From: the human T2T-CHM13v2.0 reference genome, Homo sapiens
NCBI RefSeq assembly: GCF_009914755.1
Contig: NC_060926.1
DNA length: 64,000 bases
Strand: one strand, 5' to 3'
Within the stretch, counting starts at the first letter, position 1; each line of letters begins with the position of its first letter. The translations under genes were made by a program, and so were the position numbers. The notes under the pieces are model-generated. The model had not been told where the DNA came from, did not search any database, and saw only the letters and a list, made by a program, of their open reading frames with translations. Positions 12,741 through 27,594 of this stretch are shown here, one piece after another.

Positions 12741-14460
12741 CCTTAGGGAGGCTATGCATCCCCCATGCCCTTGGAGCTGCCAGGCTTTCGGTTCCCAGGA
12801 GACCTAAGAAAACCGTTGAGAGGACAGTGGGGTTTTCTGCCCTGAAAGGCATCAATCCTAGCCCTCTGATGACGCTGTCCACCATACCACCACCACCGCC
12901 ACTCCCAGAAAGGCAAAGTTACAGGAATGTGGTCCAGGAGACGAGCATCCTGCTAAAGTCAGGAGCTACCAGCTCACTCTGGGGACTTGAGCCATTGCCA
13001 CCCAACCCCACCTTGGCTTCTCCGGGCATAAAAGGAGGGGCAGAATGTAGGGTCTCCATGGGATTTCTGGGTGCTGGCTGAGCTCACACAAAATGTCAGC
13101 CTCTGCACCTGTGCCCATGCCAAGTCAGGGGAAAGTGGGGACAGCTGAAATGTCTCCAGCCCCCATTTTGTGTGTGTATGCATAGGGGAGACAAACAGAA
13201 GAGAGAGTGTGGATCTGGAGGTGGTAGTGGACCAGCCCTGACTCACGGTGGCATCTCACTCTCTCCCTGTAATCTCCAAACATTAAACATGCGGCGAGCA
13301 GGACAGCTTTGGTTCAAACACAAAACCACTGAGATGAAAGATGAAGCATGAAAGGAAGTGAAAACCCAGCCTCCTTCCCCTCATCCAGCCCCTCCAGGAC
13401 AATTCTGAAGCTGCCTGAATGGAAAAAAAACAGAGAAAACCCTAAAAGTCATCTCAGAATGATGGTACCTGCCCCCTCCCCAGGCTCCTCCCTTGAAACC
13501 GGCAATTCTTACAGCCTACACAGATGGCACATGACCTGCAATCTCTTCTGTTGACTGTGTACATTGGTTGGCCTTTATTGAGCACCTGCCGTATGCAGAG
13601 GCTACCAGCCATCCATGCCCTTGGGCAGTGGGAATGCCAGCCTGTTACAGTGATTTCATTTCCATGAGCTCATCCCAAACTTTCAATTCTGCCATATCCT
13701 TTTCAAACTGTCCCTGATCCTTCCCATCCCACTCCTGGCAAGTCCGGCTCCTGTGACAGGGACACTGAGAGCCTAAGCAAATGATAGAGAGAGAGAGAGA
13801 AAAAAAAAAAAAACAGAGACAGAGAGAACAAGAACATGCACAACCCTGGGGCACAGGTCTCCTCTCCAACACACCAGCAAGATCTATTATTGATGGTATC
13901 AGCAGGTTAATTAAGCAGCCTGTTAGTGATGATGTTAAGAAAGCTGGCACATTTTCAACTCAGATTGACACCATTCAAGACTCAGGCATAACTGATGTTT
14001 GAGCAGCAATGTGGGAGATGTCAAGGAATGAGAGAGAGAAAGAGAAGGAGAGAGAAAGACTTTGCTTCTTGATGATGGCAAGCTCAGTGTTAAGTCCTGA
14101 AGAGAATTTGCTCTTGCCTGCTGCAGATGTTCTCACATCCGACCCATTGCGATGCAAAATCATGCAGATTGTGAAAAGCTAATGAAGCACCCGGTGTAAA
14201 AGGGGCAGTGTGGGGAGGAAGAAAGAGCAGTAGACAGAAAGACAAATGTGCAAGAAAGTTCTCCAAAAGAAGATCATGGGGGAGCCTGCCCCTGAACTAG
14301 GGCAGGAATAGACAAGCAGATCAATGCAGTACACTAGTCCTGCAACTCACCCATCTGTCAGGGAAATTAATTGGTAGTAAAGCAGTTCTATCAACTCACA
14401 GGGAAAGGACCATTTAAACACAGACATGCAGCAATGGGCTACTGATTTGGGGAAAATAAA

Positions 14461-15790
14461 CTACCATAACTCCTCAATTCTACGATGCACCTTCCCATAT
14501 TTTAATGTTTTAAAAATCATAATGTGCCTTACAATGAAAGTCGTCAGAGAAGGGAATCTTACCTGCTACTCAACACAATTGCCTGTACATGTGTGAATGC
14601 AGCCATGTGTACAGGTATCCATTCATTCAAGTGTCACCTCAGCTGACCACAGCAATCCATACAGAATTTGAACTTAAACTTAGATTCCTAATTGTTGCCT
14701 AAAACATCTTTCTAAAACTTACACTATAATGGAGCACGGACATGAAAAGTTATTGTACATGCAGAAGATCGTCTGCCAGATACCAGGCAATGCAATTAAA
14801 GACAGTAGAAATTGCCAAACCATAGATAGCTACCCTAAAGAAATGCTTGCCCATATGCACAAAGAGACATTTACAAGGATGTTAATTATAGCACTGTTTG
14901 TAAGAGCAAATAATTAGAAACAACCTAAATGTCCACCATTAGGGAACTCACATGGGAAGATCTCCAAAACAAACTGTTATGTGAAAAAAGCTACTGAGTA
15001 TGTACATGATGATTTACTGTATGTAAAACCCTGTAATTGGCATATGCACATATATGTGTGCATAAATCCACAGGTAATGTTTTGGAAGGTTCACAGCTCA
15101 CAGAGTGGTCTGCTTGGGGAAAGGAATTCAATTTGAGAATTAGGGGTTGTTGAAAGACTTCCACTTTTTTACACCAGAATTTTCTATAATATTTAAATTT
15201 TTACAGTGAGAATATAATCATGTTTCATTTACCCAAAAAGTAAAAAAAAAAACTGCCAAACTTCTTGAAGAAGATCACACACATTTTAAAGCCAGCAGGG
15301 ATTGACGTAACCTAGTCATGGGTCCCACACTTAGGTACCTACAACATGTCGGCTTCCTAAAGAAGCTGATTAATTTCAGGAATATTTTTTTTCTTCAAGT
15401 AAAGAACAAATATGAGACCTAAGTATAACCAAATCAGAAATGCAAACAAAAATTCCCAATATTCTTTTATATGCTTTGAAATTATACTATTCATCTTAAA
15501 CAGGCTAAAGGAGTGGAGATTAGAAGCAGGACTACAAAAAGCAGTGGTGGCCACGATGCTGTGTTTAACAACCAATGCCCAAAAAAGAACAAGAAAATGT
15601 GAAGGAGGCTTAGACTCCAACTCTGTGGTACTAAAGAAAGTGACTGGTATTGAATGTGTAAGTGAATACTTGCTTATTCCTTCCAATGGACACTAATTAT
15701 AGTTCTCTTCTAAAAGGCTATTATGTTAATACCTCTTATAACTCAGGCATCTTAGAAACACAGCATTCAAGATCGATTTAGAAACCATAC
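14461..15790 (+). mobile_element. Kanga1-like TcMar-Tc2 DNA transposon fossil, interrupted by an L1ME 3' fragment (about 14800-15250)
   Basis: Tc2-type end 'taccataactcctcaattctacgatgcac', transposase-start-like 'ttacactataat...gaaaagttattgtacatgcagaa', and a degenerate YNQIRNAN peptide resembling the 'QIGNAD' DDE entry. Confidence 0.55.
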
Positions 15791-15859
15791 TATAAGATAT
15801 GGGGACCTGGAAAGTGATATTTATTACATATGATAAACAAAGGGCTACTAATCTTAAGT

Positions 15860-16300
15860 TATGGAGGGTCATGGTGACTGACTCCTAAGAGCTATTCTAC
15901 CCCCGCCCGAGATTAATCCAAACTAATAGTAATAATCCTCCCACGGGCAGTGACTGGTCTAGGAAGAGGCATGTGACCCGATTCCAGACAACCAGGAATG
16001 TCTGCTGGGGACTTCTGGGGAAGGTCTCCTCCCATCTAAGAAGGGTTGAGAGGCAGGCAGAGCCTCTTGTCCTCTGGACACTGGGTCCAGACGTGATGCT
16101 TGGAGCTGCTGCCGCCATCTTCCACAAGCCTGAGATGAAGCCCACCAGGAGGCCAGCAGAGCAACACTGCGGGAAGCACCCTGGATGCCCCGCCTGAGAC
16201 TCGCCCTTTGTAAAGTAATAGACTCCCTTATTATTTAAACCCTCAACAGTTTGTGTTGAGGGTTTCTGCTAATTTCAGCCAAAAAATCCATACGATGTAT
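15860..16300 (+). mobile_element. MLT1 (MaLR) LTR, old subfamily (J/K-like)
   Basis: 'tgactggtctaggaagaggcatgtgacccgattcc...gtgatgcttggagctgctgccgccatctt...ttatttaaacc' are MLT1 hallmarks. Confidence 0.75.
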
Positions 16301-16637
16301 AAGAGCTTTAACAATTATTAAGAAAAAGATATGGTGATCAAAATCATAGAAAAACATATGAGTAGGCAATTCATAAAAGGCTGAAAAACTAATAAACATG
16401 AACTCAATCTCACTAATAATCAGGGTTAGGTTTCTAGATCTGAGGAAAAAAAAATCTGCAGGAGTTCTTTATAGGTTTTGGAGGCTAAACCTCATTGGTT
16501 AAAGGGTTTACAAACAGCTATTCCCAGCCTGTGACTTGTTTTTCTCACAACATGGTGCCTTCTGTCATATAGTTTAATATATAGTCAGATAAAGAATCCT
16601 TCCTGGTATATACATTTTGTGTTGTTAAGAAACTCTA

Positions 16638-16961
16638 GGTGGGGTGTGGTGCCTCACTCCTGTAATCCCAGCACTTTGGGAGGCCGATGTGAGTGGATCA
16701 CTTGAGGTCAGGAGTTTGAGATCAACCTGCCCAACATGGAGAAACCCCATCTCTACTAAAATACAAAAATTAGTCGGGCATGGTGGCACACGCCTGTAGT
16801 CCTAGCTACTCAGGAGGCTGAGGCAAGAGAATCACTTGAACCAGGAGGCGGAGACTGCAGTGAGCCAAGATTGCACCACTGCACTCCAGCCTGGGCAACA
16901 GAGAGAGACTCTGCCTCAGAAAAAAAAAAAAAAGAAAGAAAGAATAAGGAAAAAAAAAAAA
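16638..16961 (+). mobile_element. AluS
   Basis: Full Alu with a long A tail; TSD aagaaactcta. Confidence 0.95.
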
Positions 16962-17195
16962 AAGAAACTCTAACCCTACTCCAGTGTTCATCTATATTTT
17001 CTTCCAAAGGTTTTAATTTTTTACTTATCACATTTAGGCCTTCAATCTATCTAGAATTTTTTTTTGTGGATGGTATGAAATAAGGATATCCTCTTGCTCT
17101 CTCTTCTGTTTGGAAACCCAAATGTCCAATAAAGTTAAGAAAAGGTTCCCAACTATACTGGGAATTGGAAAAATGCAAATTAAAATGAGAAATAA

Positions 17196-17527
<332 letters not shown>

Positions 17528-17529
17528 CA

Positions 17530-18930
<1,401 letters not shown>

Positions 18931-20049
18931 AAAACGAACAAACAAGCACTCTAGTAGCAAGCATGAGACTTCAGCTGCTATTCTGGCTCAAGACTGATGT
19001 TGGACTAAGTACTTCCATATTCCACTTCCTCTTCTGCAAGAAGTGGGAGGTAATGCTGGCCTCCCCTCCCCTCTTCTCTCTTCTCTCCTCCCTCCCTCTC
19101 TTCCTTCCTTCCACCGTTGTGGGCAACACAGTCAATGATTCAAATGGTGTAAAAGGGGAAATAATAAAAAGTAAGTCTCCTTCCCAACCCTAAACTTTAC
19201 CCCCTCCCCAGAGGCAACCACTATAGCCAGGTTCTCATGTCCCTGCCCGGGAAGGTCTATGTATATACATGTAGGCATATTACCACCTTTACACACTCAC
19301 ACATACTCTCTCTCTCACACTCGAATCACAGCAGAATACAACCCCTCTGCCTTTAAGACAGTGATGATTATCAAATAAGGATGCATGCCCTCATATTTGC
19401 TTGATTTCACAAAAATCCCCATTATTCCACCTGAGAGGCAGTGCTAAGTAAGCAGCACAAATTTTCTCTTAAGTAGCTTGAGAATTTGGGGAGAGTTTCA
19501 CAACCCATATTGAAGTGTCACCGACTCAGGATCGGGAATTTCTGGATTGAAAAATCAGCCTGTAAGTCTAGGTGTAGGCTGACTCGGAAGTTTGGAATCT
19601 CTTAATGTGATTCCTGCTAACACATCCATCTTTTTAAAAAGCCCCTTTTTATCACAGCTGCCTCTTAGCTTGAGATTCTTCAATGGTTCCTCATCAACCA
19701 AAGATAAAGCTCAAACCCCAAGCTAACACTCATAGCGACAACATGCCCTCCTCTGTTCCCCAGCAGGCCAGGCCAGCCCAGCCAGGCCCCCTGCCCCCTC
19801 CTGCATTCCCCTCCTGCATAGCCCCTCCCTCCCTCTGCATTACACCTCCCCACTTTCTCTGCCTCTGGGCTTCTCTACCTTCTGGATTTCAGGAATTATA
19901 AAACCCCAGAACTGGAAGGCCATTTACGCAACAAGCACTTATGGAGCACCTACGGTATGCCAGATCCTGAGCAAGCTGCTTGGAAACAGGTGCCTTGGTC
20001 GCGTGCGAGTGCCCCTCACAGCTTCTGGGGCCTGTCTACTAATCAGACA

Positions 20050-20590
20050 TTTCCCTCAAATCCAGGAGTCAGGCAGCTCATTCCAATAACAGGCTCTCAT
20101 TTTTTTCAGAAGATCCTGTCACTCTTATGGCGTTACCACTTATCAGAGCTACTCTTGACGTGTACAGCCAGAATTAAACAGACTCCTTTGTTCTTGGTGT
20201 TCTATCTTTAGTAATGCAGCTGAAATCTGAGTGAGCATCATCAGAGGCACACACCACACCAGGGACCCATTCTGAGCACACGGCACACGAGACCCCCGGG
20301 TCTCTGTCTTGAGAACTTCAGCCAAGTCAGGTCTTGACACCCTCACACTTGTGCACCTACATTTTTTGAACAGCAAGGCTTACATCAAACCTTGTGAGAT
20401 CTCATCGGCCCACCTCGATGGATCTTTTTAGATCCTGGTGCTCTTGCCCATGAATTCACAATCCCTGCCAGGTTGGTGTCCCTGTTTTTTGAATATGAGC
20501 CACAGGCCTCCTCCATCCAAGGCATCAAAATAACTGAAGGGAATGAAACTGAAGACAGAGCCCTGGGACACTAGACACTTTCCTCTGGCT
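20050..20590 (-). mobile_element. L3/CR1 LINE fossil (RT region)
   Basis: Minus-strand translation VSQGSVF..F..F.DALD followed by a DTNLAGIVN-like segment resembles CR1 RT 'VPQGSVLGPVLFNIFINDLD...DTKLGG'. Confidence 0.55.
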
Positions 20591-20908
20591 GCCTTGGACC
20601 CACTGCCTGTGTCCTCTTGGGGCCTGACACACAGCAGGGGCCCATGCCAGTTCTGAGGCTGCCACCAATTCTGGCACCCAGCCCAGCCCAACCTTCCATG
20701 GCTCCTCAAAATCCACAGCACCACGCCCACATATTCCTTTGATAACATGATCTAATTATCCCCGCCCTTTTCTCAACAAACACCATTTCCGTACATAATT
20801 CAGTTCATATTAGATTCCTAAAATCGTAGAGGTGATGGAAGGTGATTTAGAGAGATTATCGAATGGGTTTCATCCTCTATAAAACTTTATTGCCCTTATC
20901 ACTGGAAC

Positions 20909-20910
<2 letters not shown>

Positions 20911-20944
<34 letters not shown>
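20911..20944 (+). repeat. (TG)15 microsatellite
   Basis: Read directly from the sequence. Confidence 0.97.
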
Positions 20945-21419
20945 CCATTTTGAACATCTAACCACCTCTTACCCCCAAAGAACAAGTTCCCTGATGGCAG
21001 GAATGTGCCACCCCTGATTGGGGCAGGAGGAACAGAGTGGAGCTGGAAGAGGATCAACATTTAGTAGGTGCTCATGCTACGCTGGGAAATTGACATGTTC
21101 AATCCCCATGAAAACTTTGCTTAGAGATACTAGTATCCATTTTATAGACGGGGCCATAATGGCCTGGAAGGGTTGGATAATGTGCCCAGGATGATCTGGA
21201 AAGGGGTGGGCCCATTGGTCATCCACCCTAGGCCTGCTGACTAAGAGTGGACCACAGTGATGGTAAAAATGTAAACAAGAAAACAGAGCACTCCAAAACA
21301 ACTTTAAAAAGTGGAAAAGGTCCAGAATAAATGTCCAGGTAGCTACAGAATCTGGCCACCACTGTCATCAGGGTGAGGTTCTGCCACGAGTGACTCATCT
21401 CAAACCTTTTGTGCCAAAG

Positions 21420-22130
21420 CACTCATTTGATCATTGAATAAACCCACATTGAGCACTGACTGTGTGCCAGGCACCGAGGGGGCTGAGTGTGGTGGTAGAT
21501 GAGATCCAGTCCCTGCCTTGGGGCACTCAATGTCTAATGGGGGAGGCAGGCTTGGAAACAACACGGGCAGTCCCCAGATAGACATCGGCACACACAGGTA
21601 GCTGCCATCTAACCCTGGCTGGGACTCCCAGCGAGGGCTTCCAAGAGGAGATGGTGTTTGAGCAGAGTCACAAAGGCCTGGTAGTCGAGGGAGGGCAGAG
21701 GGTGCTTGAGGTAGTGGGAAGAGCAGGTATCCAGACATCAGGGCCACATGCAAAGGCCTGGGGCCCGGCAAGAGGGAGGAGAGGAGGACGGCAGCGTTCT
21801 CCAGGGCTGCAGTGGGGCACAGGAGAGGCAAGAGCAGGCCAGGTCAAAGAAGGGACTCATGGCATCCAGAGGTGCCTGAAGGGCATGAATGCCACGTGAA
21901 GCACCACTGACCTTGATGGATGGACCTTGATGTCACAGGGCCCAGGACAAGCTGCCACAGGTGCACACTGCTGCCTCCTGCTCACAGGGGATGAGGCCTG
22001 GGGAGCTGTGCTCTGACCTGGGGGTAGGCCCTCCAGACTTGGGCAGCACTGCCATGGCCACTCCTAGACGGAGGAAGCAGGGTGGACTGAGCACAAAGGG
22101 GGAGCAGTGGAGCAAAGAGGGGTTCAATGA
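21420..22130 (-). mobile_element. L2 fragment
   Basis: 'cattgaataaacccacattgagcactgactgtgtgccaggcac...tccctgccttgggg' and downstream L2 motifs. Confidence 0.65.
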
Positions 22131-25100
22131 CATGAAGACCCGTGTGGCCTTGGGGAGAAGGGGGCATGGACGTCAGGGAACAGGTTTGCCACACCTGTGA
22201 ATGAACAGAAGACCTTCTCCCAAATAGTGCCAGGACACCCTGGGCAACGGACTCATTGGTTAACACCGAGATCTTTTCATGGCAATAAAATAAATCCTGA
22301 CATTTAACATAGGAGACTGCTGGGGACGGCACAGGAAGAAGTCATTTCTCAGCAAGGAGCTGCTGAGGCTGGCATTTCCGGTGCCTGCAGGAAGCTTGTT
22401 CTCCTTGGAAGGAGCAGCTGGCTGATGCCAAAGCTCAGGCCTTCCTCATGAGGAGCTCAGGGCCTAGCTGGGGGTCTTGATGAGCACATGACACTCACTG
22501 CCTGTTCCCTGCTCTGAGTGGATGCAGCCAGGCAGCCTGGGGTGACCTTCAGGGCTTCCTGCCCTCCCCATGCACACACCTACCCGGAGTCCAGAGGGCC
22601 AGCTTTATAGATGTGCTTGCTGAGACAACACCTCTGTCTCCACCTCCCTAAGGCCCCTGCCCCACCCATTGCTGTCAACGAGATGTCTATTCCCCTGGCC
22701 ACTGCCACCTCTGGGACCCAGGACTTGGCCCTCCTTCCTGCTGGTAACTGCTCCTGGTACCCCTCCTCCAAGGCCCCTTGAGAAGCCTGTGGGGCCGGCA
22801 ACCCCTGGAACAGACTCTGCTCACAGAGACTGGTGGCTAGAGCTGGGGGTGTGTATTTTTCCAATGCCTCCTCTACTGACCTTTAATTACACTGTTTGCC
22901 CAGCTTCCCAAACCATTAACTTCACCTGGCAGCAACCATACGTCAATTAACGGAGGGCCCGCTCCGAGCTTGAGCTCCTGAACACAATTAGGCGTGACAG
23001 TCCACAAATAAGAAAGAACTGGAGAATTAATTAAGGTCTAAGCAAATTAATTACCAGTCCCCAATCGATTCCGATGCCAGCACACATGCTCCTGGGCTCA
23101 CTGTCTTTCCTAACATCTCCATGTATAAATAGAAACTGAGATCTCCCACACGATTGCTGTTCTAGACCAGGGACACAGCATGGCCCTGAAACCACCTCTC
23201 TCCAAGGGGAGAGAAATGGCTGCAGTGAGCATCCCAGGGCTTCCCACATACTCAGCACATGTGCCTGCACATGCATCAGTCACGTGACACAGGCGTGTGC
23301 ACACACACACTCTGAAAAACTAGGGGGGAACTTGGAGGCAGAACAGGGAGGACACCGCGTAGCCTTGGCTGCCTCCAGGCCACACTGCTCAGTTTCTCAG
23401 CTATATGGGTGAGGGGTTATCTCACAGGGCTTGAAATAGCCCTGGGCTGGGCCTGGGAGGCCTGGGAGGCCTGGGCTCTGGCCAGCTCAGTATCACTTTT
23501 AGCAAGTCTGACTTTGTTCATTCTTCTGTAAGAGGGTGATGGCTTGCTCTGCCTTCGGACCCTCCCAGCACAGAATGAGGAGAACCGAGGGAGGAGAGAG
23601 GCTTGCTAGGGAATATGAGGGGAGCCGTGCAGCCCCCAGGAGCTCTGCAAACCTCAAGGAGGCCTGCAGTCACAGAGGTCCTGGTGGGAAGGGGCTGAAG
23701 GAGGGTCTCGTCAGAGGCCTCGTTTCCAGATGAGGAGACAGCGGGTAGAATGGGGTGGGAATGGTGGAGTTTGGTGTGGGGTCCAGGTGCGTGTGTCTCA
23801 GGCCACTCTTAGGCAGTGTGTAGCCCACCTCCCAGGCTTCAGGCTGGGGCCTGCAGAGGAGCTGGCAGAGCCTTGGGAAGAAGAAACTGACTCTTGGGGA
23901 TTCCTTGTTCCCCAGAGCTTGAGTTCCCAACCTGCTCAGAAGTGTGAGAGCCTGGATGCGGCCTCTGACCACAGGGCACAAGCCTCTTCAGGACCCCCAT
24001 CACCCTGAAGACCCCCTTCCACTCCACTCACATCCCAACAACAGAGCTTAAATATGATCACTGCCACTTTCCCCAACCTCCTTCCCATGTGCAGTCACTG
24101 CTCAGTGAGTCCTGTCTCTGCAAGCAGCCTAAAGGGACAGGGGACCCTCCACAAGGTCAAGCACAGCCTGAGCCAGCTTCTTGGTCACCTTTAACAGTGG
24201 CCCAGCCAGGTCTGGCCTAGCCTACCTCGGAGACCTGCAGTGAACCCCGGGCAGGACCTAGGCCCTGCCAGCACCTGGTGCAGCTTAGGGATACTCTGGC
24301 CAGGGGTACCTGGGGATAAGGTGAAGAGAGGCCAAGTACAGGGACTGGACGGTGGCCTGAGAGGACCAGGGGGCTTTTGAGTCCCTGGTGGGAAAGGGCC
24401 ACACCTAATCATCTCAAAACTGTGTCAGCATGGACTAGGGCAGTCCGCAAGTGTCCACTTGCAGATGAGAGCGATGGACATAGGGACTAGAGAGATGGAA
24501 GCCTGTGGGGGGGTGGGAGGGGAGACTGGGGCTGGGGCAGAAGGCAGGCAGGTACCCAGCCAGGACTCAGCAGCCAGGCCAGAGGAAGAAGCCACAAAGG
24601 GCCTGCCTCTCCCTGGATCCCGCAAGCAAGGACTGTCAGGGCTTAAACCACATTATGCAACCCGTGAGGGATGTTCAGGATCTCAAGACAACAGTGGCTG
24701 CACCTGTGTGAGCGGCTGAAGCCTCATTCCCAAAAAGAAGAGGGGAGGGGAATTACACTGGAGTCTGAAGAGGGGCAGGTCAGAAAGTCTCAGACCCAAA
24801 GCAGGGACTCTCCTCCTGAAAGAGTCCCAGAGAGGTTAAGACCACCTCAAGGTGACACAGCAAGATGGCCAGTAGGGCTGGAATGGGCCCCCGGCAAAGT
24901 TCTTATCTAAAGCTTGGCTAGGGACAGATTACATCTTGGCCGAATCCCAGATCCAGCCCAGTGCAGCAGAGCGCTGCCCCTTCTCAGGCTGCATCTGACC
25001 CTGCAGCTGAATGGCCGGGAACACCAGTTGGGCAGCCGTGTTTGCTTTATTAGGCCCCTTAACGAAGTCAGATCTAAAGGGTTATTCCATTAATGGCCCA

Positions 25101-26032
25101 CGACAGAAATAGCTGAAAGTTCATTAAAAGTGTGGAGTTGCTATAGCAATTATCTGGGCTGGCTGAGGCTGAGCCAGGTGGCTGGTTCTCGGAATTCATT
25201 AGTCTCTGGGTCATCCAGAGGTGGGGCTGCCCAGCAATGACCTCTCACCCTCTCACAGGGCTTTGCAGGTGCTTCAAAGCACCCTCCTCTCAGTGGAAAC
25301 TGGTTTGTGGCCTCACTTGCTCCTCCCAGAGCTCTGGGCTGTAGGAAGGTGGGTACTGGTACCCGCCTTTTACAGATGGAGAAGCAGGGCCCTGTAGATG
25401 ACGATCAGGGTCAGGACCATGAGCCTGGGTCTGACTCCAGCTCTTCAGATGGTGCCTTGGTACCACAGAGGTCACGAGTCCTCATGCCCTGTGCTGGCCT
25501 GTCCCCATCGTTGTCCTTTGGCACAGATGGGGAGCTCTGCTGTTATGGTTCAAGGACTGGTTTATCCTTCTCTTTTGACAGCTATGCACTGCCTTACACT
25601 GCTCTCAATACTGTTTATTTCTTTTTAGTTTTAAAAACTCCTTCCACTATTTTGCCCTTCTCCCCAAACAAGGTGTAGGCTTCTTAAGGGCCAAGCAGAG
25701 TTTTGTGGCATCTCCAGGGCCCCAGCCTGGGGCATCTATGGTGAGCTCATAGACTCCAAGTTCAGCAAAGACGCAGCTGAAATCCCCTCCACATATACCT
25801 GTGCGCCCACAATCACCTGCGTAGAGCCAAGGCCTCTGAAACCTAGAGGCTCACAATACCCAAAGGCTTGAAACCTAGACTAGCAGAAGCTTGCAGGCTT
25901 CTTTTGTACCACGAACCACTCTGGTAGTCTAGTGAGGCCTATGGACCCCTCTCAGAATAATGTTTCTAAATGCATAAAACAAAACACATAGGATCACAAA
26001 GGGATCATCCTGAAATTACCAAAATATTGTGA

Positions 26033-26350
<318 letters not shown>

Positions 26351-26418
26351 TAGATGTGCTTTTTAACTAATGAATTAAAAACAAGATCTATCAGTTGATG
26401 TATTAAATATGAATTAGT

Positions 26419-26739
<321 letters not shown>

Positions 26740-27200
26740 TTAGTGTTGAGCATAAATAATATTTTAAGACCTCTGTAACAACTGTAATGTGCCATGAAAA
26801 CATCTGTGATTTCTACTGGTGACAAAGTCACAGGTCCTGCTTCTGACTGTGGTTTGCTGCCTGCATTCGTAACGGAAGGAAATGTTAAAATGCAGTTAGA
26901 GGTTAATGTAAATCTTTTCCCTGACCAAGCTCACAGGATCCGCTGCATTCTGTCTACTGACCCCTTGGGGGTCTGGGACTGCAGCCTAAGAACCCCTATG
27001 CTGAAAGCAGAATCTCAGCACAGAGCTGGTCAGTGGGACCCCATGGTCTTGTCTTTTAGCTAAACATATTACACCAATTCTCCCAGCTGGGTGCCCCCTG
27101 GGCATCAGGAGAGGTGTGGAAGGGTCATCTGTCTCCCTGGGAGCCCAGCGGTCCCCCACACCCACCCACAGCACACATCTATGTGGTGTGCAGGTCTTAC

Positions 27201-27291
27201 CTACAGCAGGGAACGGCACAAACCTCTGGATGAGAAGGCGGGTGGCTGGGGTGAACTTGTTGGCTTTCTGAACCAGGACATTAAGGCCCAC
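27201..27291 (-). CDS. SFXN5: SFXN5 coding exon (probably exon 10), 91 nt, [30 protein letters not shown]
   Basis: Acceptor ttttttctttcaaag, donor TAG|gtaaga; RFVPF motif. Confidence 0.97.
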
Positions 27292-27541
27292 CTTTGAAAG
27301 AAAAAAATAAAAACACAGAAAAAGTACATGATGCTGCAGTGGCTTGTGGGAGGAGGGGGCAGAACTGGAGGAACATCAGAGAGTGAGGGATGTCATCTTT
27401 CCCCACAACTGCACCTCACACCCCTAATCCTCAGCGTCACCTGAGGTTGCAGAGCTCCAGCGTCGCTGCTTAAAGTACCACTGCCCAGTCATCCCAGGTA
27501 ACTGGCCCATGAGAAAGAGGGAGAGAGGTAAAGCATCAGAG

Positions 27542-27594
27542 ACATACACACACACACACACATACACACACATTTACACACTCATACACACACA
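27542..27594 (+). repeat. Imperfect (CA)n tract; UG-rich in the pre-mRNA
   Basis: Read directly from the sequence. Confidence 0.9.

Noticed and set aside
19320-19760. Random-looking unique sequence considered as a possible foreign insert
   Set aside because: CpG-depleted like host DNA, no ORF or junction signature, and adjacent to L1/L2/L3 fossils; most likely decayed ancient repeat.
23450-23476. Short tandem (GGCCTGGGA)-type repeat; any CRISPR-like array
   Set aside because: A trivial 9-bp slippage repeat. No repeat-spacer arrays or prokaryotic genes exist anywhere in this eukaryotic window.
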